A DNA stretch of 64,000 nt from Phycisphaerales bacterium (GTDB lineage Bacteria > Planctomycetota > Phycisphaerae > Phycisphaerales > UBA1924). A program made the translations under genes and the position numbers. The notes under the pieces were generated by a model. The model was not told where the DNA came from and searched no databases. It was given only the letters and a program-made list of their open reading frames with translations. This document shows positions 38,314-47,397 of this stretch, piece after piece. The stretch covers positions 1,856,001 through 1,920,000 of the forward strand of contig OZ245777.1 in NCBI GenBank assembly GCA_965227775.1, in the 5' to 3' direction. Position 1 is the first letter of the stretch. The number at the start of each line of letters is the position of its first letter.

Positions 38314-40629
38314 ATGCGGATGCTGCGCGGATTGCTGGTGTTCCAGGCGTTCTTGGTTGTGGGTCCTTGCGTTGCGATCGCTCAAGACTGCTCGGCGTCG
38401 GTCTACTCTGGGCAGAACCTCTTGAGTGGCATCAGTCCGGGGGCGATTGCCGCGGGCGACCTGAATGGCGACGGGTTTACGGACCTCTTTGTCGCAAACT
38501 TCTCTGACTACACGGTCCACTTGCTCGATCCTGCCGGTCAGCCAGCGTCGCAGACCACGCAGTTGCCTCCCCTGTTCCGCCAGGCTTCCGAGGTGGTGCT
38601 TGGTGACATCGATGGCGATGGTGATCTCGATGCCGCCCTTGTGTCCTTCAATGACAATGAAGTCGGTTTGTTGTTGAATCGCGGTGACGGCTCGTTCGAA
38701 CGCATGGAGTTCACGCCTGGCACGCCTAGGGCGGCGGCGATCGATATCGGTGATCTTGATGGCGACGGTGATCTCGATCTGGTTATTGCCGAGCAGTCCT
38801 TCGGTACGCCCAGAGCGGGCGTGCTGGTGAACGATGGTGCGGGAGAATTTGGCGATCCCGTGCTGTACGTTGTGGGAGAACAGCCCGAAGCCGTTGCGAT
38901 CGCAGACTTCGATGCGGACGGTGAGCCGGACCTCGTGACCGCCAACATCAGCGACGATAGCGTCAGCCTGCTGATGGGCGACGGCGAGGGAGGGTTCGGA
39001 CCCGAAACCAGGTTCGCGACCGGGTTCAGGCCGAGAACGCTGGCTGCTGGAGACCTTGACGGCGATGGCGATACGGACCTGGTCGTCACGCGCGGTCAGG
39101 ACCAGGGCGTAGCGCTGCTCTTCAATGCTGGCACCGGAGACTTTGGACCGCCGGAGGCGATTGCCTTTGGTGGGCTCTTGAGCGGAGTGTCGCTCGGCGA
39201 CATCGATGGTGATGGCGATCTCGACATGGTGACGGCGGACGAGCGGGATGCCCAGGCGACCGTCCTGATCAATGACGGAGCCGGGTCGTTCGCGCGGCGG
39301 CCGGCGGCGCGCACCGGCAACCGGCCCTCCGGCATCGTTCTGGCAGACCTCGACGACGACGGTGATCTCGACGCCGCGACCAGTAACTCGTTCAGCTCGG
39401 ACGTGAGCTTGCTCATCAGTGACGGGCTCGGCGCGTTCGACTCGCCGCAAGAATTCGGGATTGGCGGCTCGCCCGATGATGCCACGCTCGCGGACGCGAA
39501 CGCGGATGGAGTGCTCGACCTGTTCCTGGTCGACGAAGGGGCCAACGCCGCACGCGTCGCGTTCGGCAATGGCGATGGCACGTTTGCACCATCAAGGCGA
39601 TACACCGCTGGCAACGGGCCAAGCGCCCTTGCCGTGGGCGATCTCGACGGCGACGGCGATGTGGACATGTTCATCGGGACCAGGGCCGGACGGGGTGGCA
39701 TTACGCTGCTAAACGAGGGCGACGGTACGTACGTCGAAGGATCGTTCTTCGATGCCGGCTCACTGATCGGTGCCGCGGCGATCGCCGACATGGATGGCGA
39801 CGGCGATGTCGATGTCATTGTGACGAGCCGCGGTGGCGACGACGCTCGGGTGCTGTTGAACGACGGCTTCGGCGGTCTCGCATCCGCAATGCGGTTCGCG
39901 GCGGGTGACCGCCCGGTCGACGTCACAATCGGCGATCTCGACGGTGACGGTGACATCGATGTCGTGACGGCAAACGAGGCGGGCGACAACGTGAGTGTGC
40001 TGCTCAACCAGGGCGATGGCACGCTGGCGGGTACGGTGAACTACGTTGCGGGTGTTGAGCCGCAGGGCGTGGCGCTGGGAGATCTCGACGGCGATGGCGA
40101 CCTCGACATCGCGGCGGCGACGAGCCTGGACGTCGTGCGGATCTATGAAAACGATGGAAGCGGGGCGTTTGTCGATTCGACCGTGCTCACCGTGGGCGAT
40201 CGGCCCGTGGGCGTGGCGCTCGAGGATGTCGATGGTGACGGCGATCTCGACGTGGTGACCACGAACGAGACGCACTCTGACGCGAGTGTCCGGCTCAACG
40301 AGGGTGGCATGCTGTTCGCCGACGAGCTACGTTTCCGCGTGGGAGAGTCTCCAAGCGGTGTCCTGATGGCAGACCTCGACGCGAACGGCTCGTTGGACGT
40401 GCTTGCTGTCAGTGAAGGCACCAGGCGTGCAAGCGTGCTGATCAACCAGTGCGAGATCGTGTGCCGGGTAGACCTGGACGGCGATGGGCAAGCGACGCTG
40501 TTTGACTTCCTCGAGTTCCAGAATCTCTTTGCCGCCGGGGATCTGCGAGCCGACTTCGATAGCAGCGGCGACTTGACGCTGTTCGACTTCCTGGCGTTTC
40601 AGAACGAATTTGTGGTGGGTTGCCCCTAG
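38314..40629 (+). CDS. Secreted FG-GAP/VCBS repeat protein with GC-type dockerin tail
   Basis: Signal peptide, 14 GDLDGDGDLD-type repeats, and a twin TLFDFL repeat ending GCP. Confidence 0.9.
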   Translation: MRMLRGLLVFQAFLVVGPCVAIAQDCSASVYSGQNLLSGISPGAIAAGDLNGDGFTDLFVANFSDYTVHLLDPAGQPASQTTQLPPLFRQASEVVLGDIDGDGDLDAALVSFNDNEVGLLLNRGDGSFERMEFTPGTPRAAAIDIGDLDGDGDLDLVIAEQSFGTPRAGVLVNDGAGEFGDPVLYVVGEQPEAVAIADFDADGEPDLVTANISDDSVSLLMGDGEGGFGPETRFATGFRPRTLAAGDLDGDGDTDLVVTRGQDQGVALLFNAGTGDFGPPEAIAFGGLLSGVSLGDIDGDGDLDMVTADERDAQATVLINDGAGSFARRPAARTGNRPSGIVLADLDDDGDLDAATSNSFSSDVSLLISDGLGAFDSPQEFGIGGSPDDATLADANADGVLDLFLVDEGANAARVAFGNGDGTFAPSRRYTAGNGPSALAVGDLDGDGDVDMFIGTRAGRGGITLLNEGDGTYVEGSFFDAGSLIGAAAIADMDGDGDVDVIVTSRGGDDARVLLNDGFGGLASAMRFAAGDRPVDVTIGDLDGDGDIDVVTANEAGDNVSVLLNQGDGTLAGTVNYVAGVEPQGVALGDLDGDGDLDIAAATSLDVVRIYENDGSGAFVDSTVLTVGDRPVGVALEDVDGDGDLDVVTTNETHSDASVRLNEGGMLFADELRFRVGESPSGVLMADLDANGSLDVLAVSEGTRRASVLINQCEIVCRVDLDGDGQATLFDFLEFQNLFAAGDLRADFDSSGDLTLFDFLAFQNEFVVGCP

Positions 40630-41354
40630 CTCGCACCTTCGAGCTTGCGCGCGAACGTGGGCGCTGGGTAGTCGCTGGCCTTTGGCGGCGGGGTGCCATC
40701 GCGATCGAGTTGCTCATGGAGATGTGCCGCGTAGCCGTTGAGCATCGCGTCTCGCTGGGCGCCGTCGAGGTGCGCCGGGCTCCAGGCGACGAACGGCTCG
40801 AGCACGCGCATGCCCGTGAACCAGAACACCCCATGGTGCACCGGCGTGAGGACCGTTGCGAGCGTCGGATTCAATCCCTCGAAGCCGTCTGGAGGCACGT
40901 ACATCGACTCTGGCCCACCGGTCGTCATGGCCACCATCGCACGCTTGCCGCTCATGGCGCCGCGGTCGTACCACCGACCTCCGCCGTACATGCGACCCAT
41001 GGCAAGCACGCGATCGACCCAGCCCTTGAGGATGGCCGGCATGCCGAACCACCAGAGCGGGTATTGCAAGATAAGCATGTCGCACGAATCCAGCTTGTCC
41101 ATTTCGGCGGCGATGTCTGGTGCAAAGCCACCACTCTCGTGGGCGTGCTGCTCTTCGCGTTGCTGCTTGAGGTACTCGCCGTTGGCCACGGTCGTGAAGT
41201 TCCGACGATCGCTGACGGGATCGAAGCCCATGGCGTGCAAATCGCTGACCACCACAGTGTGCCCCGCGGCCTCGAGTTCCTTGGTTGCTCGCGCGGTCAT
41301 CGCGCCGTTGAAGCTTGCGGGCTCGTGGTGTGCGTGCACAATGAAGATATTCAT
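40626..41354 (-). CDS. NAD(P)H-dependent oxidoreductase (flavodoxin-2/NQO family)
   Basis: HAHHEPASFN, SDLHAMGFDP, QYPLWWFGMPAILKGWVDRV and TTGG. Confidence 0.92.
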   Translation of the reverse strand: MNIFIVHAHHEPASFNGAMTARATKELEAAGHTVVVSDLHAMGFDPVSDRRNFTTVANGEYLKQQREEQHAHESGGFAPDIAAEMDKLDSCDMLILQYPLWWFGMPAILKGWVDRVLAMGRMYGGGRWYDRGAMSGKRAMVAMTTGGPESMYVPPDGFEGLNPTLATVLTPVHHGVFWFTGMRVLEPFVAWSPAHLDGAQRDAMLNGYAAHLHEQLDRDGTPPPKASDYPAPTFARKLEGAS

Positions 41355-41385
41355 GTGCTGATGCTATCCTGCGGACTTACGCCTG

Positions 41386-41796
41386 CTACTCCGCGGGCTT
41401 CTGGTAGATCATGATGAAGTTGCCGCAGGTGTCGTCGAGGGTTGCCATTACGGTGCCGGCCATCTCGGATGGCTCGCCCTTGAACTGAACGCCGAGCTTG
41501 CGAAGCCGGTCATACTCCGCCCGGCAATCATCGACCTCGAACGCCGTAATGGGGAGACCCTCGGCCATGAGTGCGGCCTTGTACGTCTTCGTCGCCGCAT
41601 GCTCGCCACTGGGCTCGAGCATGAGCTCGATGCCATCGGGGTCTTCCGGGCTGACAACGGTGAGGAAGCGATGGTTGGGATCGGGCGGGTCGGTCATCAC
41701 CATGTCCTGCTTCTTCACGAAGCCGAGCTTCTCGGTGTAGAAGCGCAGGGCGTGCTCCTGATCCGGGACCGGAACGCTCTCGAGTCTTACTCTCAT
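41386..41796 (-). CDS. VOC/glyoxalase family protein
   Basis: VPDQEHALRFYTEKLGF, FEVDDC and DDTCGNFI; GGAGG RBS. Confidence 0.9.
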   Translation of the reverse strand: MRVRLESVPVPDQEHALRFYTEKLGFVKKQDMVMTDPPDPNHRFLTVVSPEDPDGIELMLEPSGEHAATKTYKAALMAEGLPITAFEVDDCRAEYDRLRKLGVQFKGEPSEMAGTVMATLDDTCGNFIMIYQKPAE

Positions 41797-41846
41797 GGTG
41801 TCCTCCGATATCAATTGCACGACACTGGTGGCGCGTCGGTCAAAAG

Positions 41847-42608
41847 CTACGCCAGCCAGCGGCCGCCGTCGAGGCGGATCACCTCGCCATTGACGTAGGT
41901 GTGATCCAGAGCCAGCGCGGCAACGAGCTTGGCCGCATCTTCCGGCGTGCCGGCACGCTGGAGGGGAACGCGATCGAGGTACGCTTGCTGCGAGTCTGTG
42001 TCGCTCTCGTAGCCAGACTCGGGCCACGCCACCACGCCAGGGGCCACCGCGTTGGCCCGCGCTTCTGGAGCGAGCGCGCGCGCGAGGGTGTGCACGAGAT
42101 CGGTCAGCGCGGCCTTGGACATGCTGTATGCGGCGAAGTCCTTCCGGGGCCGACCCATGGCGTGGATGTCGGCCATCGCGACGACGGCCCCGCCGCCGGG
42201 CAGGGGGGAGGCGCGCAGGCGATCGGCAAGCGCGGCTGTGATGAGGAGCGGGCTCGCAGCGTTGATGGCGTAGAGGTCTCTTGCTGTCGCCCAATTCAAA
42301 GCGCTGCCGAGCGGCGTCGGAAAGTAGGACGATGCGTTATGAATTAATACATCGAGTCGGCCGGCTTCCATCGCTGCGGCACTGCAGGCGGTCGCGGTGG
42401 CGTCGGGGTTCGTGAGGTCGCACGCGATTGCTGTCGCGCGTACTTGGTGCTCGTTCTGTAGTGTTCCGGCCAGATCACGTGCTTTGTTTGCGCTTGTGTT
42501 GTACGTGATGATGAGATCGAGCCCGCGCTCGGCAAGTTCGGTCGCGATGGCGGCGCCAACACGCTTCGCGCCGCCGGTGATGAGGGCGACGGGGCGCTCA
42601 CCGCCCAT
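41847..42608 (-). CDS. SDR oxidoreductase, pteridine reductase/FolM-like
   Basis: TGGAKRVG (Arg typical of PTR1/FolM), HNAS, YSMSK, NAVAPG and DGG. Confidence 0.85.
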   Translation of the reverse strand: MGGERPVALITGGAKRVGAAIATELAERGLDLIITYNTSANKARDLAGTLQNEHQVRATAIACDLTNPDATATACSAAAMEAGRLDVLIHNASSYFPTPLGSALNWATARDLYAINAASPLLITAALADRLRASPLPGGGAVVAMADIHAMGRPRKDFAAYSMSKAALTDLVHTLARALAPEARANAVAPGVVAWPESGYESDTDSQQAYLDRVPLQRAGTPEDAAKLVAALALDHTYVNGEVIRLDGGRWLA

Positions 42609-42864
42609 GATCGTCTTCGCCTAGCAAGTCGCGTGCGCTCGGATCGGGCACGGCACGCTTGCCCGACTCAGCCCAAGCGTCGACGTACTGCGTCTTGGTT
42701 GGCGACTTGCCCCGGCGCGTCCGACGCAGGCTTGCGAGCACAAGCAGGCCGACGACGAGCACGATGGACGCGAGCGCCAGGCCCAGCAGCATGAACCAGC
42801 CACGCGACATCGGGCTTGCCGGCTGGCCGGCCTGGGCGAGAAGGTGTGCGAGTGCGTCGATCAC
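42598..42864 (-). CDS. Small single-TM hypothetical protein
   Basis: Overlaps both neighbours; TM followed by a basic stretch and DAWAESGKR. Confidence 0.75.
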   Translation of the reverse strand: MIDALAHLLAQAGQPASPMSRGWFMLLGLALASIVLVVGLLVLASLRRTRRGKSPTKTQYVDAWAESGKRAVPDPSARDLLGEDDHGR

Positions 42865-43412
42865 ATGGGACGGTATGGCACGAGCATGGCGAGGGTTGCA
42901 CGGCCCTCGGTGGGCTGGGCACCGCTGGGGCCCAGATCGGGCTCGGGCTGCTTGTGGTACACCAGCGTGGCCCGACCGCCGACCTTGATCAAGCCGGCGG
43001 GTGTACCGGCTTCTTGCAGCAGGGCGAGCGCCTGCTGGTCGGTCAGGCGGTCGGCCATGTCCACGGGCTTCGTCTGCACGCGTGCGATCGCTGTGCTCGA
43101 TGTCGCCACGCGTCGCACCGAGCTCGCCTCGGGTGCTGCCAGGGATGCCGCGAGCCCCTCGGACGTGGAAACGTACGCGATCATTGGTCGTGGCGCGGGT
43201 GGAGCGACTCCCTCGACGCGTGTTGTCTCCTCGCCGATGCGCATCGGGACCATCGCATACGCCAGCACAGTCGCACTGGCCGTCAATAGCACCATGGCAA
43301 CCGCGTGCCGTCGGGTGCGGCGCCGCTCGCCGCGCCGGGCAACGGCATGCTGCCCAAGGCGCAAGATCTCGGCCTTGCGGTCCGTCACGCTTGGCATGGG
43401 TTGATCACTCAT
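42861..43412 (-). CDS. Putative single-TM anti-sigma factor
   Basis: Overlaps the stop of the ECF sigma gene; short basic N-terminus, TM helix, extracytoplasmic domain. Confidence 0.6.
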   Translation of the reverse strand: MSDQPMPSVTDRKAEILRLGQHAVARRGERRRTRRHAVAMVLLTASATVLAYAMVPMRIGEETTRVEGVAPPAPRPMIAYVSTSEGLAASLAAPEASSVRRVATSSTAIARVQTKPVDMADRLTDQQALALLQEAGTPAGLIKVGGRATLVYHKQPEPDLGPSGAQPTEGRATLAMLVPYRPM

Positions 43413-43980
43413 CGATGTCTCCCTTCGCGCTGGCGGTCAGCGTCGCGAGCCCGCGGCGGACCAGGCCGTGCACGGCGTGTCGGCTGAGGTCCATGGCCCG
43501 ACCGACGGCCGAGAGCGACATGCCGTGCCCGACATGCAGGCGGACTGCTTGCCATTGGCGGTCGTCGAGCTGGGTCTCCAGGCGGGCGAGCAGCGAGTCG
43601 ATCTGGTCGTCTCGCTCTGGCTGCACCGAGCGTTCTCGGGGCTGGGCTTCCCGGCGTGCGCGTGCGGATTCCGAACGGATTCGGTCGATGGCGCTGCTGG
43701 CGATCGCGGTCCTGAGCCACGCCCGGCATGCAGGCCAGGAGTCCATTGCCGGCAGCCTCTTGGCGGCTCGCACGTACGCGTCCTGCACCGCGTCGAGGCA
43801 GAACGACTCGTCCCGGCCCGTTAGCCGCCGCGCGTCGGCGAGCGCGTCGTCGAATGTGGCTTCATAGAACACGGCGAATGCGTCCTGATCTCCCCGTGCG
43901 AAGCGCACGGTGATGGCCCGGGCATCGGGGAGTGGAGCGCCCGGGCCACCGGATTGGTCTGTACGGGCGATCTTGGGCAC
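43405..43980 (-). CDS. ECF-type RNA polymerase sigma factor
   Basis: GDQDAFAVFY, DAVQDAYVR, AWLRTAIASSAIDRIR (region 2); GMSLSAVGRAMDLS..AVHGLVRRGL (region 4). Confidence 0.88.
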   Translation of the reverse strand: MPKIARTDQSGGPGAPLPDARAITVRFARGDQDAFAVFYEATFDDALADARRLTGRDESFCLDAVQDAYVRAAKRLPAMDSWPACRAWLRTAIASSAIDRIRSESARARREAQPRERSVQPERDDQIDSLLARLETQLDDRQWQAVRLHVGHGMSLSAVGRAMDLSRHAVHGLVRRGLATLTASAKGDIDE

Positions 43981-44001
43981 GGGCCCCTTACTTGTTCGGC
44001 A

Positions 44002-45045
44002 CTACTGGCGTCGCTCCAGCTGCGCTCGCAGTGCTTCGATCTCGTTGCGCAGATCTTGCCGCTCGGCTTCGAGGCGTTGGTTCTGCCGCTCGAGCTCCTC
44101 GGCGATGGTGCGAGCCTCCCGCAACTGCGTGTGCATCAAAGCGAGTTCCTGCTCCATCTGGACCAACCGTCGCTTGGAGGCGTCGAATTCGGCCCGCACG
44201 CTACGTTCCATGTCTGAGACTTCCCGACGCATACGTTCTGCTGACTCTACGGCTTCCCGCCCTTGTTGGATCGAAATCAGAGCTGCATCCGTTGACTCGA
44301 AACCCAGGCGCTTCAAGAACCGCTCGAGCTCGCTCTGAGCGTTCGCTCGACGAAAGTCTGATGCCGACTCCATCAACCTACCGACGGTTTGCTCCATCGC
44401 GTGGTGCTGGTCCTCGGTGACACGGGCAAAGAGCAAGCCCGTGTCCTCGTGGAATCGCAGATCGGTATCGCCCTGATCGACCATCTCGAGCGCGATCTCG
44501 ATGCTCGAGAGAACCGCATCGGCACCAAGCGCGTGTTCCCCGGCAATGAGGCCCGCGAGCGAATGGACCATGGTAAATCGCTCGTAATACTCCTCATGCT
44601 CATGTTCATCGTGTTCCTCGTCCAGTTCTTCGGCGTACACCGAGATGAGGAAGACCGGAGCGCCGCGACCCCCACCGACGGGTGAGACTTCCCACCATGC
44701 CTCGCGGCCGTCGGGCATTCGAAGCGTTCGAGACGCGCTCAGGCCTGCGGCAACCCGGAGCGCCGTGGAGACCTCAACCTGTTCGAACGTCATCGCGGGG
44801 AGTTGCAAGTCGCTGAACTCGGGTGGGTACAGGATGTTGACCGGGCTCTCGCCGGCCGATTTGCGAATCTGGCGGACGAAAGCGTCGAGTGGACCGCCGG
44901 CGAACTCCAGCGTGATGAACCGTCGGTCTTCGCTCAGGCCGCTGCTGGCGCCGCCGCTGGCACCTCCCTGGGCCATGGCTGGCGGCGAGACAACGGACAT
45001 CGTGGTTGCGGTCATGAGTGCTGCTGCGAGCGTTCGAATGCGCAT
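44002..45045 (-). CDS. Secreted protein with secretin-N-like domains and coiled-coil tail
   Basis: GGAGG RBS, signal peptide ending AMA, ITLEFAGGPL...VNIL segment, LRFHEDTGLLFARVT segment, and about 90 aa of coiled coil. Confidence 0.75.
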   Translation of the reverse strand: MRIRTLAAALMTATTMSVVSPPAMAQGGASGGASSGLSEDRRFITLEFAGGPLDAFVRQIRKSAGESPVNILYPPEFSDLQLPAMTFEQVEVSTALRVAAGLSASRTLRMPDGREAWWEVSPVGGGRGAPVFLISVYAEELDEEHDEHEHEEYYERFTMVHSLAGLIAGEHALGADAVLSSIEIALEMVDQGDTDLRFHEDTGLLFARVTEDQHHAMEQTVGRLMESASDFRRANAQSELERFLKRLGFESTDAALISIQQGREAVESAERMRREVSDMERSVRAEFDASKRRLVQMEQELALMHTQLREARTIAEELERQNQRLEAERQDLRNEIEALRAQLERRQ

Positions 45046-45216
45046 GGGAGCCTCCTGCGGTTGGCTGCGGTGGGCGTCGTGGATTGGGCCTCAGGGCCCA
45101 CACGAATAGAACGGAGCCGGCGGGGCAGCGCGGCGCGGCTGCTCAGTTTCTTTTCCCAGACCCGCTACCATCCCTCTCGCGAGTTCGATCCCAGATTATC
45201 CCAGGACCCACCTTCC

Positions 45217-46321
45217 ATGCACTTTGACGCCCACCAGCCGGTCATTGATGACCTTGAGGCGCGGATCTTGACAATCCGCGACTCTCTTTAACTACGACGG
45301 CAAGCACGAGAAGCTCTCCGAGCTCGAAACCAGGATGGGCGAGGCGACGTTCTGGGATGATCCAGACGCCGCCCAGAAGACCGTTGGCGAGTTGAAGGTC
45401 ATTAAGGCCCAGCTCGGCCCGCTCGACAAGGTCGTCGAGGCGTTCGAAGAGGCCCAGGTGGCCTACGAGATGGCCAAGGAGGGCGACGACAAGGACTTGC
45501 TGGCCGAGGCCGACGAGGCGCTGTACCAGTTGCAGGAGTCGATGGACAAGGTCGAGATGCAGAGCCTGTTGAGCGGCAAGCACGACCACCGCAACTGCTA
45601 CTTCACCATCCACGCGGGCGATGGCGGCACCGAGGCCAACGACTGGGCCGAGATGCTGTTCCGCATGTATCTCTACTACCTTGAGAACATGGGCTTCAAG
45701 GTCGAGGAAGTCTCCAAGGGCCACGGCGTGGAGACTGGCATCGACCACATTACCCTGCACGTCAAGGGGCCGTTCGCCTTCGGCTACCTCAACTGCGAGC
45801 GTGGCACGCACCGGCTCGCACGGGTGAGCCCCTTCAACGCCCAGGGCAAGCGGCAAACCAGCTTTGCAACGGTCGACGTCACGCCCGAGTTTGAAGACAT
45901 GGACGTCCAGATCCCCGAGAAGGATCTGGAGATCACGTTCTTTGCGCGCTCGAGCGGCCCGGGTGGCCAGAATGTCAACAAGGTCGCCAGCGCGTGCCGG
46001 GTGGTGCACAAGCCGACGGGCCTGATGTTCGTCGCGAGCACGCACCGCGATCAGCCGCAGAACAAGGCCCAGGCGCTCACCCTCCTTCAGGCCAAGCTCG
46101 AGCAAATCGAGGAAGAAAGGCGCAGCGCCGAGATCAAGGAAGCGGCCGGCGGCGACCTGAGCCGCGGTTGGGGAACGCAGATCCGAAGCTATGTGCTCTA
46201 CGACAACCGGGTGAAGGACCACCGCACCAACGTCGAAGGCAACCCCACCGACGTGCTGAACGGGAAGATCGACAAGTTCATTGATGCCGAACTCAAGCGG
46301 CGGCGTTCGGAGAAGGGCTGA
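45217..46321 (+). CDS. prfB: Peptide chain release factor 2, programmed +1 frameshift
   Basis: ORF1 MHFDAHQPVIDDLEARILTIRDSL ends CTT-TAA (45286-45291). The +1 frame continues NYDGKHEKLSELETRMGEATFWDDP and carries the SPF and GGQ motifs. Confidence 0.95.
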
Positions 46322-46338
46322 GTTTCAGGAACTGGGCC

Positions 46339-47397
46339 CTAGCTGCTGGCGGCGCCGTACATCTTCTCGTAGTAGTCGCGGTACGCCCCGCTGCGCACGT
46401 GCTGCCACCACTCGGTGTTGTCCTGGTACCAGCGGATGGTGTCCTCGAGGCCAGTGGGCCAGGCGCTTCGAGTGGGCTGCCAGCCAAGTTCGGACTTCAT
46501 CTTGCTCGCGTCGATCGCGTAGCGGCGATCGTGCCCCAGACGGTCGGCTACGGGGCGGATCATGTCCTCGCCCTTGCCCATGATGTCGAGGATCGCGTGG
46601 GTCAGCTCGAGGTTGCTGCGCTCGTTGTTCCCGCCGATGTTGTATACCTCGCCCGCGCGTCCGCCTTCAAGCACCGCGAGGATTGCCTCGCAATGGTCGA
46701 CCACGTGCAGCCAGTCGCGCACGTTCTTGCCGTCGCCGTAGAGCGGCACCTGCTCGTCCTGCATCAGGTTGGTCACGAACAGCGGGATGACCTTCTCGGG
46801 GAACTGGTAGGGCCCGTAGTTGTTGCTGCACCGCGTGACGAGCACGTCCATGCCGAAGGTGCGTTGGAACGCCATCGCGAGCATGTCTGCGGCGGCCTTG
46901 CTGGCGCTATACGGGCTCGAAGGGTCGAGCGGTGTTGACTCGGTGAAGAGCAGGTCGGGTTCATCAATCGGTAGCGAGCCGTACACCTCGTCGGTGCCGA
47001 CCTGAAGGAATCGGCCGGCCTTGCCGTCGTCGCCCCATGTGTTGCGGCAGACCTGCAGCAGCACCTGCGTACCCAGCACATTGCTCGTGATAAAGGGTGA
47101 GGCGTCCTGGATCGACCGATCGACGTGGCTCTCGGCGGCGAAGTTCACGACGGCGTCGCACTCGGCCAGAAGCGACTGCACGAGCGGGCCATCGGTGATG
47201 TCACCCTTCACAAAGGTGTACCGCTCGTGCCCTTCGATCCCCGAAAGGTTCTCGAGATTGCCCGAGTAGGTCAGCGCATCGAGGTTCGTGATGCGCACGT
47301 TCGGCCGCCATTCGAGTACCGAGCGCACGAAATTCGAACCGATGAAGCCGCAGCCGCCCGTGACCAGCAGATGCTTGAATTCTCGCGTCTCAGGCAT
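46339..47397 (-). CDS. rfbB: dTDP-glucose 4,6-dehydratase
   Basis: TGGCGFIGSNF, FAAESHVDRSI, TDEVYG, PYSASKA, NNYGPYQFPEK and GHDRRYA. Confidence 0.96.
   Translation of the reverse strand: MPETREFKHLLVTGGCGFIGSNFVRSVLEWRPNVRITNLDALTYSGNLENLSGIEGHERYTFVKGDITDGPLVQSLLAECDAVVNFAAESHVDRSIQDASPFITSNVLGTQVLLQVCRNTWGDDGKAGRFLQVGTDEVYGSLPIDEPDLLFTESTPLDPSSPYSASKAAADMLAMAFQRTFGMDVLVTRCSNNYGPYQFPEKVIPLFVTNLMQDEQVPLYGDGKNVRDWLHVVDHCEAILAVLEGGRAGEVYNIGGNNERSNLELTHAILDIMGKGEDMIRPVADRLGHDRRYAIDASKMKSELGWQPTRSAWPTGLEDTIRWYQDNTEWWQHVRSGAYRDYYEKMYGAASS

Noticed and set aside
36790..40400. Regularly spaced GGCGATCTCGACGGCGACGGCGAT-like DNA repeats as a CRISPR array or VNTR
   Set aside because: The repeats are degenerate at synonymous positions and in frame, so they encode FG-GAP/VCBS motifs. 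No cas genes are present.
45217..46321. prfB as a pseudogene with a premature stop
   Set aside because: The stop follows the slippery CTT at the conserved programmed frameshift position and the rest of RF2 is intact.
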